Shown here piece after piece: positions 17,188-26,946 of a stretch of DNA of 64,000 bases. The stretch lies in the IMG/VR virus record IMGVR_UViG_3300049563_000052, positions 33,020-97,019 of that record; one strand, given 5' to 3'. The notes under the pieces are model-generated. The model ran no database searches, was not told the origin of the DNA, and was given only the letters and a program-made list of their open reading frames with translations. Position 1 is the first letter of the stretch; every line of letters begins with the position of its first letter. This DNA comes from a virus (Duplodnaviria > Caudoviricetes). The position numbers and the translations under genes were made by a program.

Positions 17188-17586
17188 GTGCGGGACTCCA
17201 TGTACGACGACACCGCCGCGCGGCAGACGTTGGCTCCGGCGGTGCGCACCAACGGCACCGTGACCGGCAACGCGATCGACGCCCGCGGCTATCAGGTGGC
17301 GATGGTGATAGTCAGCGCGGGCGCGATCACCGACGGAACGCAGACCATCGCGGTGCAGGACTCCGACGACGGCTCCACCAACTGGCAGCCGTACGCCGGG
17401 CAGACCCAGGGGTCGGTGCCGACGTTGGCGACCGCGCAGCAGAACGCGGTCTACCGGCTGGCGCTCGACACCATCCCGCGGCGCTACCTGCGGGTCAACA
17501 TCACCGTGGCGGGCGCCACCACCGGTGGTGCGGTCGGGGCGACGATCCTGCTGCACCGCCCGCTCGGGGACATGCAGGTGACCTAG
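17188..17586 (+). CDS. Capsid decoration/cement-like beta protein
   Basis: VQDSDDGSTNW...RRYLRVNITV jelly-roll-like motif; position after the capsid gene. Confidence 0.6.
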   Translation: MRDSMYDDTAARQTLAPAVRTNGTVTGNAIDARGYQVAMVIVSAGAITDGTQTIAVQDSDDGSTNWQPYAGQTQGSVPTLATAQQNAVYRLALDTIPRRYLRVNITVAGATTGGAVGATILLHRPLGDMQVT

Positions 17587-18321
17587 ATGGCCGGGCGGCA
17601 CCGGGTTGTGCACGGGCGGCACCGCAAGCCGGTGCCGCCCCGGACGGCGGGCGCGACCGTAGCGCGTACCGCGCTGGCCGGGACGGCGCTGGTGGCCCCG
17701 TTCGGGGTGCAGCTGTTGGGCGCACCGGTCGCGGAGGCTGCCGCGGTGCGGCCTGCGAGCGGGTGGGGCGCGATCGTGCACTGCGAGTCCGGCGGCAACC
17801 CCCGCGCGTCCAACGGGACGCACTTCGGGCTGTTCCAGTTCGACCTGCCCACGTGGCGGTCGGTGAACGGGCCGGGGCATCCGCTGAACGCCAGCCCCGC
17901 ACAGCAGATCGCGGCGGCGGAGCGGCTGTTCGCGCGGCGGGGCACGCAGCCGTGGGCGGCGTCGCAGTCGTGTTGGTCCGGGGTGACGCGGGCGCTGACC
18001 ATCCGCTCCGGCCCGGCCCGGGTGGTCGCGGGCGCCACCAAGCCACGCGCGGTGCCCAAGCCGCGGGTGGTGGTCAAGCCGAAGCCGAAGGTGCACGTCG
18101 CGCCGAAGCTCACCCCCAAGCCGCACCCGGCGCCGCGGGTGACGTCACGCAGGCTCACCCCGGCCCCGCCGCCGAAGCTGCACAGCCACCGGGTGATCCG
18201 CGGCGACACCCTGTCGGAGATCGCGGCCCGCAACCGGGTGCCGCAGCGCGCCCTGCACGGGTTCCGCTCCGGCAACCCGAATCTGATCTTTCCTGGCGAG
18301 ATTGTCACCTGGAGGAAGTGA
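17587..18321 (+). CDS. rpf: Secreted resuscitation-promoting factor (Rpf transglycosylase + LysM)
   Basis: GRHR signal-type N-terminus; WGAIVHCESGGN, GLFQF..TW, QQIAAAERL, PW; LysM VIRGDTLSEIA...NPNLIFPG. Confidence 0.9.
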   Translation: MAGRHRVVHGRHRKPVPPRTAGATVARTALAGTALVAPFGVQLLGAPVAEAAAVRPASGWGAIVHCESGGNPRASNGTHFGLFQFDLPTWRSVNGPGHPLNASPAQQIAAAERLFARRGTQPWAASQSCWSGVTRALTIRSGPARVVAGATKPRAVPKPRVVVKPKPKVHVAPKLTPKPHPAPRVTSRRLTPAPPPKLHSHRVIRGDTLSEIAARNRVPQRALHGFRSGNPNLIFPGEIVTWRK

Positions 18322-18590
18322 TGGCAGCCCAAGTCGGGGATCGCTACCGCAACACCAGCGGGACGCTGCTGTACGAGCTCATGCCCGCAGACTGCGAGGC
18401 CGAGGTGCGGCAGGTGGACCCGGACGACGCCGACACCGCGCACGCCGGGACGCTCGTTCTCGAGTTCGACCCGGACCCGGACGGGGACAACGCCACCGAG
18501 CACCGGGCGGCGATCGGGATCACCGAGGACGAACTAGCCCGGGACTGGGCACCGGTCGGCGGGCAGCGCGGGGGTGGGCGTCGTGGCTGA
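18321..18590 (+). CDS. Hypothetical acidic protein
   Basis: TGATG coupling, GGAGG RBS. Confidence 0.6.
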   Translation: MAAQVGDRYRNTSGTLLYELMPADCEAEVRQVDPDDADTAHAGTLVLEFDPDPDGDNATEHRAAIGITEDELARDWAPVGGQRGGGRRG

Positions 18591-19047
18591 GGTCATCCCG
18601 AACGAGGGCCTGGACATCGTCCTCAACATCGTCCCGCGGAACGGCGCGAACATCGCCACCACGTACCTGTTCCTGGCGACCGGGCTGACCGCGAGCACCG
18701 TGCCGGGGCAGACCGCGGTGCTGGCCACGTACGGGGCGGCGGCGTTCGGCGAGGCCGCGTTCACCTCCTACGCCCGGCAGTCGATCGCGTCGGCGTCGTG
18801 GGGGGCCCCGGCGGCAGGCTCCGGCAACGCGTCCGGCGGCAGGCAGTCGTCGGCGGCGCAGGTGAGTTTCCCGGCGGCGGGCGCCTCCTACGGCACCGCG
18901 ATCACGTTCTTCGGGTTGGCGGACGCGTCCGGGCATGGCTCGGAGAAGGCGCTGTTCTACGCGAACTTCGACGACACGACCGCGATCTCTTCGATGGCGC
19001 TCGGCGACATCATCAAGGTCACCCCGACGTACGGGCTGCTGCCGTGA
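18583..19047 (+). CDS. Small virion fibre/adaptor subunit
   Basis: SYARQS...VSFPAAGASYGTAITFFGLADA...LFYANF; similar to 35879..36352. Confidence 0.7.
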   Translation: MAEVIPNEGLDIVLNIVPRNGANIATTYLFLATGLTASTVPGQTAVLATYGAAAFGEAAFTSYARQSIASASWGAPAAGSGNASGGRQSSAAQVSFPAAGASYGTAITFFGLADASGHGSEKALFYANFDDTTAISSMALGDIIKVTPTYGLLP

Positions 19048-19361
19048 GCCGAGCCCAGGTCGGCGGGATCACGCTGCGCGGGGCGGGCATCCTCCCCGGG
19101 CGTCGGCGTCCGCAGTGGACCCGGCTGCGCTGCGGCGGCTGCCGGCACGCGTTCACCGGCAACGCGCACACCGTGCCGGTGTGGCAGGGCAGCCCGTGCT
19201 GCCGCAACTGTTGGCGGCGGGTCAACCTGACCCGGCGCTCCGCGAACCTGCCGGAGTGGGACACCCCCGAGGACGCCTGGCCGGGTGCTGACCCGGACAT
19301 CGTGCGGGACGTCATCCCCACCCACAACGGCTGTCTGATCGTCCCGGGGGTGACGACATGA
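19044..19361 (+). CDS. Zn-finger protein
   Basis: CGGC...CCRNC; coupled on both sides. Confidence 0.65.
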   Translation: MSRAQVGGITLRGAGILPGRRRPQWTRLRCGGCRHAFTGNAHTVPVWQGSPCCRNCWRRVNLTRRSANLPEWDTPEDAWPGADPDIVRDVIPTHNGCLIVPGVTT

Positions 19362-19537
19362 TCGCTCTGTCCGCGGTGCTGCTCATCTTGGCGTTGGTGT
19401 TCTTCCTGGTGGCCGCTGTGATCGGGTACGGGGTGGCACCGGACGGGCGCCCGGCCGGATGGCATCGCACCAACTTTGTGGCGCTCGGCCTGGCCTGCTG
19501 GGTCGCGACCGAGGTCATCGCCCTGTTCGTGCGCTAG
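19358..19537 (+). CDS. 59-aa two-TM membrane protein (not in the ORF track)
   Basis: Manual translation MIALSAVLLILALVFFLVAAVIG...NFVALGLACWVATEVIALFVR*. Confidence 0.7.
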   Translation: MIALSAVLLILALVFFLVAAVIGYGVAPDGRPAGWHRTNFVALGLACWVATEVIALFVR

Positions 19538-19565
19538 GCCGGTGGCTAGCTGTGGCGCGTGATTC

Positions 19566-20774
19566 ATGGCATTAACTCAGTCACAGTTTCGTGGGCGCAA
19601 CGACGACGGATCACAAACGGCCGCGACGTGGAAGGCCGCCGTAAATACGAACTGGTCACAGCCGCTGGATGTAAACTTCCGACTGCGGTTCACCATTGCA
19701 TCTACAGCTATTCAGGCAACAGATTGGCAAGCGTTTTACAGTAAAAACGGTGGGGCCTGGACCGCGATCACGGGATCATCGTTGGTGGTCCGCACCGCGT
19801 TGTCTTCCCAGGTGGCGGAGGGTGAGGCGACAACCCAACAACTCAGTGCGGGGACATTCGTCGCGGGAACGGTTGACGAGACCGATGGGTTCTACGCCTC
19901 CACGTCGCTGACGGCTACCTCGTCGACCGAGCTAGAGGGGGTCTACGTCCTTCGGTCGGCCGACTTGATCGCCGGTGACACTGTCGGGATTCGAATTCAG
20001 CAAGGCAACTTCACCGCGCTTGGCACGTATACGGCTACGCCATCATTCACGGTTAGCGGTACGGGGCTCACGATCCGTGGCGAGGCCAGTAACGCAGTCA
20101 ATACGGCGGGCGCGAATACCCCATCGGTATCGACCCCGGCGGGTACGCAGGTCGGCGACATTATCCTGTGTATTTGCGCTAACGATTGGTTTACCGCGGC
20201 GACATTGCTGACCCCCACGGGTACCGCGGCCTCATCGTGGACGCTGCAACATACCTACGATGGTGGTTCCAACGCTAATCACGTCAAGGTGTGGACCGCT
20301 CCGGCCATCGCCGCCGGTGCACAGACGGTGAACTACGCCTACGGCACGCCGGGCGACGGTAGCGAGGAACGCTATATCCAAATCATCGTGTTTGATGCTA
20401 ATGTGGCATTTGACGCCGCCGTATCCAGCACGATATCCGCGTCGACGGCATTTACCAGTCCGACCGTCAATGCAGCCGGTATCGACGATGTACTCGTGGT
20501 GAATGTCGGTACCAATGGGGCCGCCGGGGTGAGCAACTTCACCATGGATGCAGCGTTGACGATTCTCACCGAGCGCGATGTCGGAACGTTCAGCACTCTT
20601 CGAAGTGGCTATCAGCAGTTGTCGGCGAGTGGGGCGACGGGTACTCGAACGAATACGTGCAGCGTGGCGCGGACCGGGCATGCGCTGTCGGTGACGATGA
20701 AATCCGCGGCGCTGGTGTACGAGCCGCAACAGCCGCAGCCGTACACCGCGCGCCGTCGGGCGTCGCTCTGGTGA
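19566..20774 (+). CDS. Virion appendage/fibre protein, lower-GC gene
   Basis: Thr/Ala/Gly-rich beta domains; C-terminal part resembles modules in 21322 and 36366 (LSASGATGTRT). Confidence 0.75.
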   Translation: MALTQSQFRGRNDDGSQTAATWKAAVNTNWSQPLDVNFRLRFTIASTAIQATDWQAFYSKNGGAWTAITGSSLVVRTALSSQVAEGEATTQQLSAGTFVAGTVDETDGFYASTSLTATSSTELEGVYVLRSADLIAGDTVGIRIQQGNFTALGTYTATPSFTVSGTGLTIRGEASNAVNTAGANTPSVSTPAGTQVGDIILCICANDWFTAATLLTPTGTAASSWTLQHTYDGGSNANHVKVWTAPAIAAGAQTVNYAYGTPGDGSEERYIQIIVFDANVAFDAAVSSTISASTAFTSPTVNAAGIDDVLVVNVGTNGAAGVSNFTMDAALTILTERDVGTFSTLRSGYQQLSASGATGTRTNTCSVARTGHALSVTMKSAALVYEPQQPQPYTARRRASLW

Positions 20775-20787
20775 GGGGGAAGTTCCG

Positions 20788-21309
20788 GTGACTCTGTTCT
20801 GGGCCGCGAACGCGGCGATGCCGACCACCGCGGCCAACGCGCCCGCCGCGACCGTGTCCGGCTGCAAGACCTACCTCCAGATCTCGACCCCGGCCACCCG
20901 CGGCATCGCGCTGGTCGCGTTCGGGGTGGAGTTCGCCGGGCTGCTCACCGTGGCGACCACAGTGGAGGCGGTGGACACCGCCGCGATCGGCGCCACCGCG
21001 CTGACCGCGCACGTCGCCGCCGGGGTGCAGCCCTACGGGATGCACGCGATCGGCGCCACCGCCCCGGTATCGGCGATGACGCTGGGCACCGGCAACACCG
21101 GCTACGCCCCGGGCACCGGCACCGAGGGCACGATCGTCGCCACCCGCACCGGCAAGCTGAAGATCCTGCCCGCGGGCGCATCGAACTACGAGTGGGAGTG
21201 GAGCCAGGGCCGCGAGTTCTGGATCGGGCCGTCCCGGTTCCTGCGGCTCCGGCTCACCACCACCACCACCGCGCCCACCATGAGCTGCTGGTTCCTCTGG
21301 GACGAGTGA
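20788..21309 (+). CDS. Virion structural protein
   Basis: 173-aa beta-rich ORF within the structural cassette. Confidence 0.7.
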   Translation: MTLFWAANAAMPTTAANAPAATVSGCKTYLQISTPATRGIALVAFGVEFAGLLTVATTVEAVDTAAIGATALTAHVAAGVQPYGMHAIGATAPVSAMTLGTGNTGYAPGTGTEGTIVATRTGKLKILPAGASNYEWEWSQGREFWIGPSRFLRLRLTTTTTAPTMSCWFLWDE

Positions 21310-21321
21310 CGGGGACCTGCC

Positions 21322-24300
21322 GTGGCGCTGCTCGGGAGGGCCAGACCGCAGAACCGTCGCCTCACCGAGTCGACGGTCTGGCCCTACCAGCCGATTACCG
21401 GCGTCGGTTCCCGGTTCGCCAACACCGGCACTAACGGCACCACCCAGCTATCGGTGTCGCCGACCGCGGTTGGCGACCTGCTGGTCTTGGTGTCCGGCAT
21501 CAACACGTCGGGGATCACCGTCTCGTCGGTGTCCGGCGGCGGGGTCAGCTCGTGGGCGCGGGCCGCCGGTCCGTTTCAGATGACCACCGCCGCGACGCGC
21601 AACCTGGAGATCTGGTTTGGGCGGATCACCACCGCCGGAGCGGCCACGGTCACGATCACCCCGTCGGCGTCGATCTCCGGTATCCGCTCCGACCTGATCG
21701 CGCAGCAGTTCCATTCACCGTCGGGTGTGTCGGCGGTGTGGGCGGTGGACGCCGGGCAGGGCGGGGGCCAGAACAACACGGGATCGTCGACGAGCATCGC
21801 GTTCCCGACGCTGACCCCGTCCACGAATGATCTTTACTTCGGGTACGGCGTCACCGGCACGAGCACGAGCGGCGCCACCGCCGGGTACACCTACCAGACC
21901 GACCCCAACTCGAACCCGATCATCTACAACGGCGGCGTTCTCGCGCCGCAATCGCCGACGGTCACGCAAACCTCCAGCAACTCCGGGTCGATCGCCGTCC
22001 TGTTCCGGGACACCGCCCCCGATTTCACCGTCTACGACAAGACCGGCGGCTGCGGCGGCAGCTCCGGTCCGGGCGGCGCCAAGACGGTCGTCTCCCCGAT
22101 CGGCGGCACGTTCATCGAGGACGTCAACGCGGTCGTCGGCACCACCACGACCACGACCGGAACCTTCGTCGCCGCCCCCACCGACGGCGATCTTGCCTAC
22201 TGCTACGCGGTGAACAAGCCGTCCACGGTCACCCCGCCCGCCCCGGCCGGATGGACCCAGATTTCCTCGGTCGTCGTCGGCACCGGCACGGACGGGGTCG
22301 GCACCGGCCCGGTCCGGATCACCGTCTGGCATCAGGTCGTGGCCGGGACCTTCACGTCCCCGACCGTGACCAACCCGGCAGGCTCGGTGATCGCCGCCGG
22401 GATCGCCTACATCCGGCCGAACGCCGCGCTCGCCGGAACCACCGGCGTCGGCCACACCACCACCTCGGCGCAGGATCTCGTCGACGACGCCACCTGGTCG
22501 TTGACCGGTGGCGCCGACCTCGGGGTGATCGACAAGGATTTGGTGCTGACCGTCGACGGCTGGTCCAACAACATCGCCTCGGCCGCCTCCCTCGGGTCGC
22601 TGTCCGGTCCCGGGCTGACCGTCGGCAGCTCCTCAGAGCTGACCGATACCCAGCTGAACGTGGGCAACCGCGGCCAGATGGTGGCCAACCTGTTCTGGTC
22701 GATCACCGGCCAGTCCACCGGGGCGCAGACGCACGCGCAAACCCTGAACGCGGCGATGACGAACCGCACCGGCGGCACCCTGTTTGTGCGGATCCGGCCG
22801 CTCGGGCAGCCGCTCGCGGTCATCTACACCAAGACCGGCGGGTCGGGTGGGGCGGGCGCCCCGGGCGGCGTCGAGACGGTGCAGAACCCGGTCACCTCGA
22901 CCAAGGCCGGGGCCGGGGTCGCGGTCGGGGCGCCGGGTGGGGCGAAGACCGTCGTGCGGGTCGCCACGCTGGTCGCCTCCTACAAGGTGGAGGCCAACGC
23001 CGCCGACAACACCACCCTGACCACGCCCTCGTTCACCCCGGCCGCGGGGGAGCTGCTGGTGGTCAAGGCCGGTAACGGCGACGTCCGCGGCACCTTCGCG
23101 GTCAACCCCACCGACACCCAAGACCTGGAGTGGACCCGGCAGCAGTCGTTCTTCTCCGGCACCAACCAGTCCGCGGCGCAGGTCAACACCGCCCGGGTGC
23201 GGACGGCGACGGCGATGACGGTGTCGCTGGCCATGTCCGGCAGCCCTTACTACCACTCGATGATCGTCGAGCGGTGGGCGTGGGGCGGGCTGCACCCGAC
23301 CACCCCCTCCGTGGCCGTGCCGACCACCGGCACCGGCGCCCCGTCCGCGACCGTCACCACCGTCGGCACCGAATCGGCGATCACATGGGTCAACGCGGAC
23401 TGGGTACCGGCCAACCCGAGCTCCCGCGCCTACCGGTCCGGCGCGACCGAAGACGGACTCCAGTACACGGCGGGGATCATCGCCGTGTACTACGCGTGGC
23501 AGCGGGCCTCGGTGAACGGCGCACAGTCCATCGGGCTGACCGCACCCGGCGGGCAGACCTGGTCGATGGTCGGCGTCGAGCTGCTGACCAAGGTGTCCGC
23601 GACCCCGACCGCGACCGCGCCCGCGGACGTCACCGGCTGGGCGGTGAACACCGCGCTCGCGCTCACCGGCACCGACACCGACCCGGACATCGACACCCGC
23701 CGCTGGTCGATCGTGTCCGGCCCGGTCGGGGCCGGGACCACGCTGGCCCGGGTCGCGGGACTGAGTTGGACGCCGACGGTCGCCGGTAGCTACGTGCTGC
23801 GGTACGAGGTCGCCAACTCCGGCGGCTCCGGCTTCGACGACATCGCCGTGCAGGTCGTCACGATCTTCGCCAAGGCCGGGGCGGGCGCCGGGGTGGGCGC
23901 CCCCGGCGGCGCGAAGGCCGTCACCACCAGCAAGGCGGGCGCCGGGGCGGGTGTCGGAGCACCGGGCGGCGCGAAGGTTCGCACTACCGCCACCACCACC
24001 AGCAAGACGGGCACCGCGGCGGGCGTCGGGGCACCCGGCGGGGCGAAGACCGTTCAGGGTGCGGTCACCACCGCGAAGGCGGGCACCGCGGCCGGGGTGG
24101 GTGCTCCCGGCGGGGCGAAGGTCCGCATCACGGCCACTACCACCGCGAAGACGGGGACCGCGGCGGGTGTCGGCGCGCCGGGCGGTGGCAAGGCCGTACA
24201 GAACCCGGTCACGACAGCCAAGGCCGGTACCGCGGCAGCTGCCGGGGCGCCGGGCGGTGTCAAGGCGCTGTTGACAGCCACGACGACGGCGAAGACCGGT

Positions 24301-26124
24301 GCGGGTGCTGCGGTCGGCGCGCCCGGCGGGGCGAAGAGCGTCGTCTCTGGCGCGGCCATCGTCAAGACCGGTACCGCCGCCGCGGTGGCCGCTGCGGGCG
24401 GCGCCAAGGCCGTCCAGAACCCGATCACCACCAGCAAGGCCGGGACGGGTGCAGCGGTCGGGGCGCCCGGCGGCGCCAAGGTGCGCATCACTGCGACCAC
24501 CTACACCAAGGCGGGCACGTCCGCGACGGCGGGCGCCCCTGGCGGCGTGAAGACGTTCGTCCCGGCCGGGGTGATCGTCAAGACGGGTGCGGGGGTTGCG
24601 GCGGGCGCACCGGGCGGGGCGAAGCTGGTCGTCTCGCTGTTCATCGTCAAGACCGGGACGGCGGTCGCGGTCGGGGCGCCGGGCGGGGTCAAGTCCCTCG
24701 CCGCGCCGGGCCAAGTCGTCAAGGCAGGTGCCGCCGCCGCACCGGGCGCACCGGGCGGCGCCAAGACGGTCACGCACCCGGCAACCCAGGCCAAGGCAGG
24801 TACGGCGGCGGCGGTCGGGGTGCCCGGCGGGAACCGTAGCGTCGACCGGGCCCGCACCGGAACCGCTGTGGCCGTGGCTGCGCCGGGCGGCACCAAACAG
24901 GTCGGCGGCGGCGCCACCGTCACCAAGGCGGGCACCGCGGCGGCCGTGGCCGCACCCGGCGGCGCGCAGACGGTCACGCACCCGGCGACGGTGGTCAAAG
25001 CGGGCACCGGCGCGGCGGCCGGGGCGCCCTCGGGTGGGAAGTCGATCGCCGGGGCCGGGCAGGTCGTCAAGGCGGGCACCGCCGCGGCGGTGGGTGCGCC
25101 CGGCGGGGTCCGCACCCGGACGGCGCAGAAGACCGGTACCGCAGCAGCCGTCGCCGCCCCGGGTGGCGCCCGGACGGTCGCGGGGCCGGGGACGATCGTC
25201 AAGGCGGGGACGGCGGCAGCTGTCGCGGTGGGTGCCGGGACGGAAACGGTCGCGCACGCGGCGGTCGTGGTCAAGGCGGGCACGGCTGCCGGGGCCGCCG
25301 CACCCGGTGGCGCCAAGACCGTTCAAACCCCCCAGCAGACGGTCAAGTCGGGTGCGGCGGCAGCGGCCGGAGCCCCGGGCGGGGCCCGCTCGCTTACCTC
25401 CCCTGGGCTCGTCGTCAAGTCGGGCGCCGGTGTTACCGCAGTCGTCGCGGGCGGCGGCCGGGTTCGGGTGTTGGGCCGCACCGGCGCCGCGGTTGCGGTC
25501 GGGGCGCCGGGCGGCGCCAAGACCCTCTCCGGGGCCGGGGCGATCGTCAAGACCGGCAGCGGTGTCGCGGCCGGCGCACCGGGTGGGGCCCGCTCCGCGG
25601 TGCTCGTCAAGGCCGGGACCGCGGCCGTGGTGGTGGTGGCGCGGGGCGCCCGCGCCGGGGTGCTGAACAAGGCCGGGTCCGCCGTCGCGGCGGGTGTGGG
25701 ATCCGGGCTCAAAATATTCGCCCCGCACACCGTGCACACCAAGACCGGGGCCGGGGTGTGCAGCGTGGTCGGGTCCGGGACGCGGATCCGGTGGCTGCTG
25801 CGCACCGGCACCGCGGCCGGGCGCCCGGTGGTGTCCGGGTGGGCGTACGTCAACCCGCGCCGCAAGACCGGCGCTGCGGCAGCGCGGGGCGCCCCGGGCG
25901 GGCAGCTGACGCTGCACGAGTTCGTCCAGTTCGGCCGGGTGTCGGGCTGGGACCCGACCGGGCCTACCGCGGTCGGGGTGCTGATCGGCCTGCCGGGGGT
26001 GGTCGAGGCCCCGATCCGGGTTCCGGCGGTGGTCGGCGGCGCGTCGCCGCCGGGTTCGAGCGCCGTCGTCGACCACACTGGCGCTGTTGCGGATGTTGTC
26101 TTCTGGGATGGGAGTGACGGGTGA
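21322..26124 (+). CDS. Giant repeat fibre protein (beta domains, PKD-like domain, about 30 K[AT]G..GAPGGAK repeats)
   Basis: 1600 aa; WSIVSGP...PTVAGSYVLRYEV PKD-like segment; 20/24-aa tandem repeats. Confidence 0.8.
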   Translation: MALLGRARPQNRRLTESTVWPYQPITGVGSRFANTGTNGTTQLSVSPTAVGDLLVLVSGINTSGITVSSVSGGGVSSWARAAGPFQMTTAATRNLEIWFGRITTAGAATVTITPSASISGIRSDLIAQQFHSPSGVSAVWAVDAGQGGGQNNTGSSTSIAFPTLTPSTNDLYFGYGVTGTSTSGATAGYTYQTDPNSNPIIYNGGVLAPQSPTVTQTSSNSGSIAVLFRDTAPDFTVYDKTGGCGGSSGPGGAKTVVSPIGGTFIEDVNAVVGTTTTTTGTFVAAPTDGDLAYCYAVNKPSTVTPPAPAGWTQISSVVVGTGTDGVGTGPVRITVWHQVVAGTFTSPTVTNPAGSVIAAGIAYIRPNAALAGTTGVGHTTTSAQDLVDDATWSLTGGADLGVIDKDLVLTVDGWSNNIASAASLGSLSGPGLTVGSSSELTDTQLNVGNRGQMVANLFWSITGQSTGAQTHAQTLNAAMTNRTGGTLFVRIRPLGQPLAVIYTKTGGSGGAGAPGGVETVQNPVTSTKAGAGVAVGAPGGAKTVVRVATLVASYKVEANAADNTTLTTPSFTPAAGELLVVKAGNGDVRGTFAVNPTDTQDLEWTRQQSFFSGTNQSAAQVNTARVRTATAMTVSLAMSGSPYYHSMIVERWAWGGLHPTTPSVAVPTTGTGAPSATVTTVGTESAITWVNADWVPANPSSRAYRSGATEDGLQYTAGIIAVYYAWQRASVNGAQSIGLTAPGGQTWSMVGVELLTKVSATPTATAPADVTGWAVNTALALTGTDTDPDIDTRRWSIVSGPVGAGTTLARVAGLSWTPTVAGSYVLRYEVANSGGSGFDDIAVQVVTIFAKAGAGAGVGAPGGAKAVTTSKAGAGAGVGAPGGAKVRTTATTTSKTGTAAGVGAPGGAKTVQGAVTTAKAGTAAGVGAPGGAKVRITATTTAKTGTAAGVGAPGGGKAVQNPVTTAKAGTAAAAGAPGGVKALLTATTTAKTGAGAAVGAPGGAKSVVSGAAIVKTGTAAAVAAAGGAKAVQNPITTSKAGTGAAVGAPGGAKVRITATTYTKAGTSATAGAPGGVKTFVPAGVIVKTGAGVAAGAPGGAKLVVSLFIVKTGTAVAVGAPGGVKSLAAPGQVVKAGAAAAPGAPGGAKTVTHPATQAKAGTAAAVGVPGGNRSVDRARTGTAVAVAAPGGTKQVGGGATVTKAGTAAAVAAPGGAQTVTHPATVVKAGTGAAAGAPSGGKSIAGAGQVVKAGTAAAVGAPGGVRTRTAQKTGTAAAVAAPGGARTVAGPGTIVKAGTAAAVAVGAGTETVAHAAVVVKAGTAAGAAAPGGAKTVQTPQQTVKSGAAAAAGAPGGARSLTSPGLVVKSGAGVTAVVAGGGRVRVLGRTGAAVAVGAPGGAKTLSGAGAIVKTGSGVAAGAPGGARSAVLVKAGTAAVVVVARGARAGVLNKAGSAVAAGVGSGLKIFAPHTVHTKTGAGVCSVVGSGTRIRWLLRTGTAAGRPVVSGWAYVNPRRKTGAAAARGAPGGQLTLHEFVQFGRVSGWDPTGPTAVGVLIGLPGVVEAPIRVPAVVGGASPPGSSAVVDHTGAVADVVFWDGSDG
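23870..25905 (+). repeat. Coding tandem repeat array (60/72-bp units)
   Basis: About 30 units counted by eye in the translation. Confidence 0.9.
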
Positions 26125-26942
26125 GCAGCGTCGGTGAGGTGGTGCGGCTGGGCGCGCACGTCACCGACGAGACCGGCAACGACCTGAACGCGGTCGCCAC
26201 GACGCTGACCGTGACCCGCCCGGACGACACCACGGTCACCGTGGACGTGCTCAACCCGCCCGCGCGCACCGGCTACTACACGGTCGATTACGTGCCGACC
26301 CTGCCCGGCGGGCACGTGTGGCTGTGGACGTTCGATCAGCCCGCCGTGGTGTTGGAGGGCAGCTTCTACGTCTCGACGCCGGGCGTGGTCGGGCTGCTGT
26401 CGCTGGCCGAGGCCAAGAAGATCCTCAACATCACCGACACCCGCAACGACGACGCGATCTCCGCCACGGTGGTGCGGGCGACGGAGCTGGCCGAAACCCA
26501 GATCCGGGAGCTGCTGGTGCGCCGCCCGGTGTCCGAGACCCGGGACCTGGGCTACACGTGGCGCAGCGGCCTGCCGCTGACCTACCGGCCGGTGACCAAG
26601 GTGACGTTGGTCGAGCGGCTGAACGGCGACGCCTCCGTGATCGAGGCGGTCGCCCCGCCCACGGTGTGGGCCGACGAGTTCGGCATCCTGCGCTGCGCCC
26701 GCCCGGCGATGTTCACCGGACTGGTCCGGGTCTCGTACGTGGCCGGGCCCGCCGTGGTGAGCGAGGGCAAACGCGGCGCCGTGGAGTACTTGGTGCAACA
26801 CCTGTGGACCAACCGCGGCGCCGCCATCCGGCCCCGAGTCGGCGGCGGCGACCTGAGCGCGTCGGACGACCCCACCTCCCGTGTCGCGCTGCCGCTGCGG
26901 GTCATCGAGCAGCTGGGCCCGCGCGGGCCGTTGGTCGGGTGA
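26121..26942 (+). CDS. Head-tail adaptor with N-terminal Ig-like domain
   Basis: LLSLAEAKKILNI...DDAI...A.ELAE motif of the gp6/gp15-like family. Confidence 0.8.
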   Translation: MSSVGEVVRLGAHVTDETGNDLNAVATTLTVTRPDDTTVTVDVLNPPARTGYYTVDYVPTLPGGHVWLWTFDQPAVVLEGSFYVSTPGVVGLLSLAEAKKILNITDTRNDDAISATVVRATELAETQIRELLVRRPVSETRDLGYTWRSGLPLTYRPVTKVTLVERLNGDASVIEAVAPPTVWADEFGILRCARPAMFTGLVRVSYVAGPAVVSEGKRGAVEYLVQHLWTNRGAAIRPRVGGGDLSASDDPTSRVALPLRVIEQLGPRGPLVG

Positions 26943-26946
26943 GCGG

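Noticed and set aside
23870-25905. Possible diversity-generating retroelement or CRISPR-like repeat
   Set aside because: Degenerate in-frame coding repeats; no reverse transcriptase and no adenine-specific TR/VR pair seen
22633-26076. Very long antisense and alternative-frame ORFs (e.g. 1147 aa here, 1044 aa at 29848-32982, 1134 aa at 36923-40327)
   Set aside because: Arg/Pro/Gly-rich shadow ORFs expected from GC-biased codon usage; no RBS or family motifs
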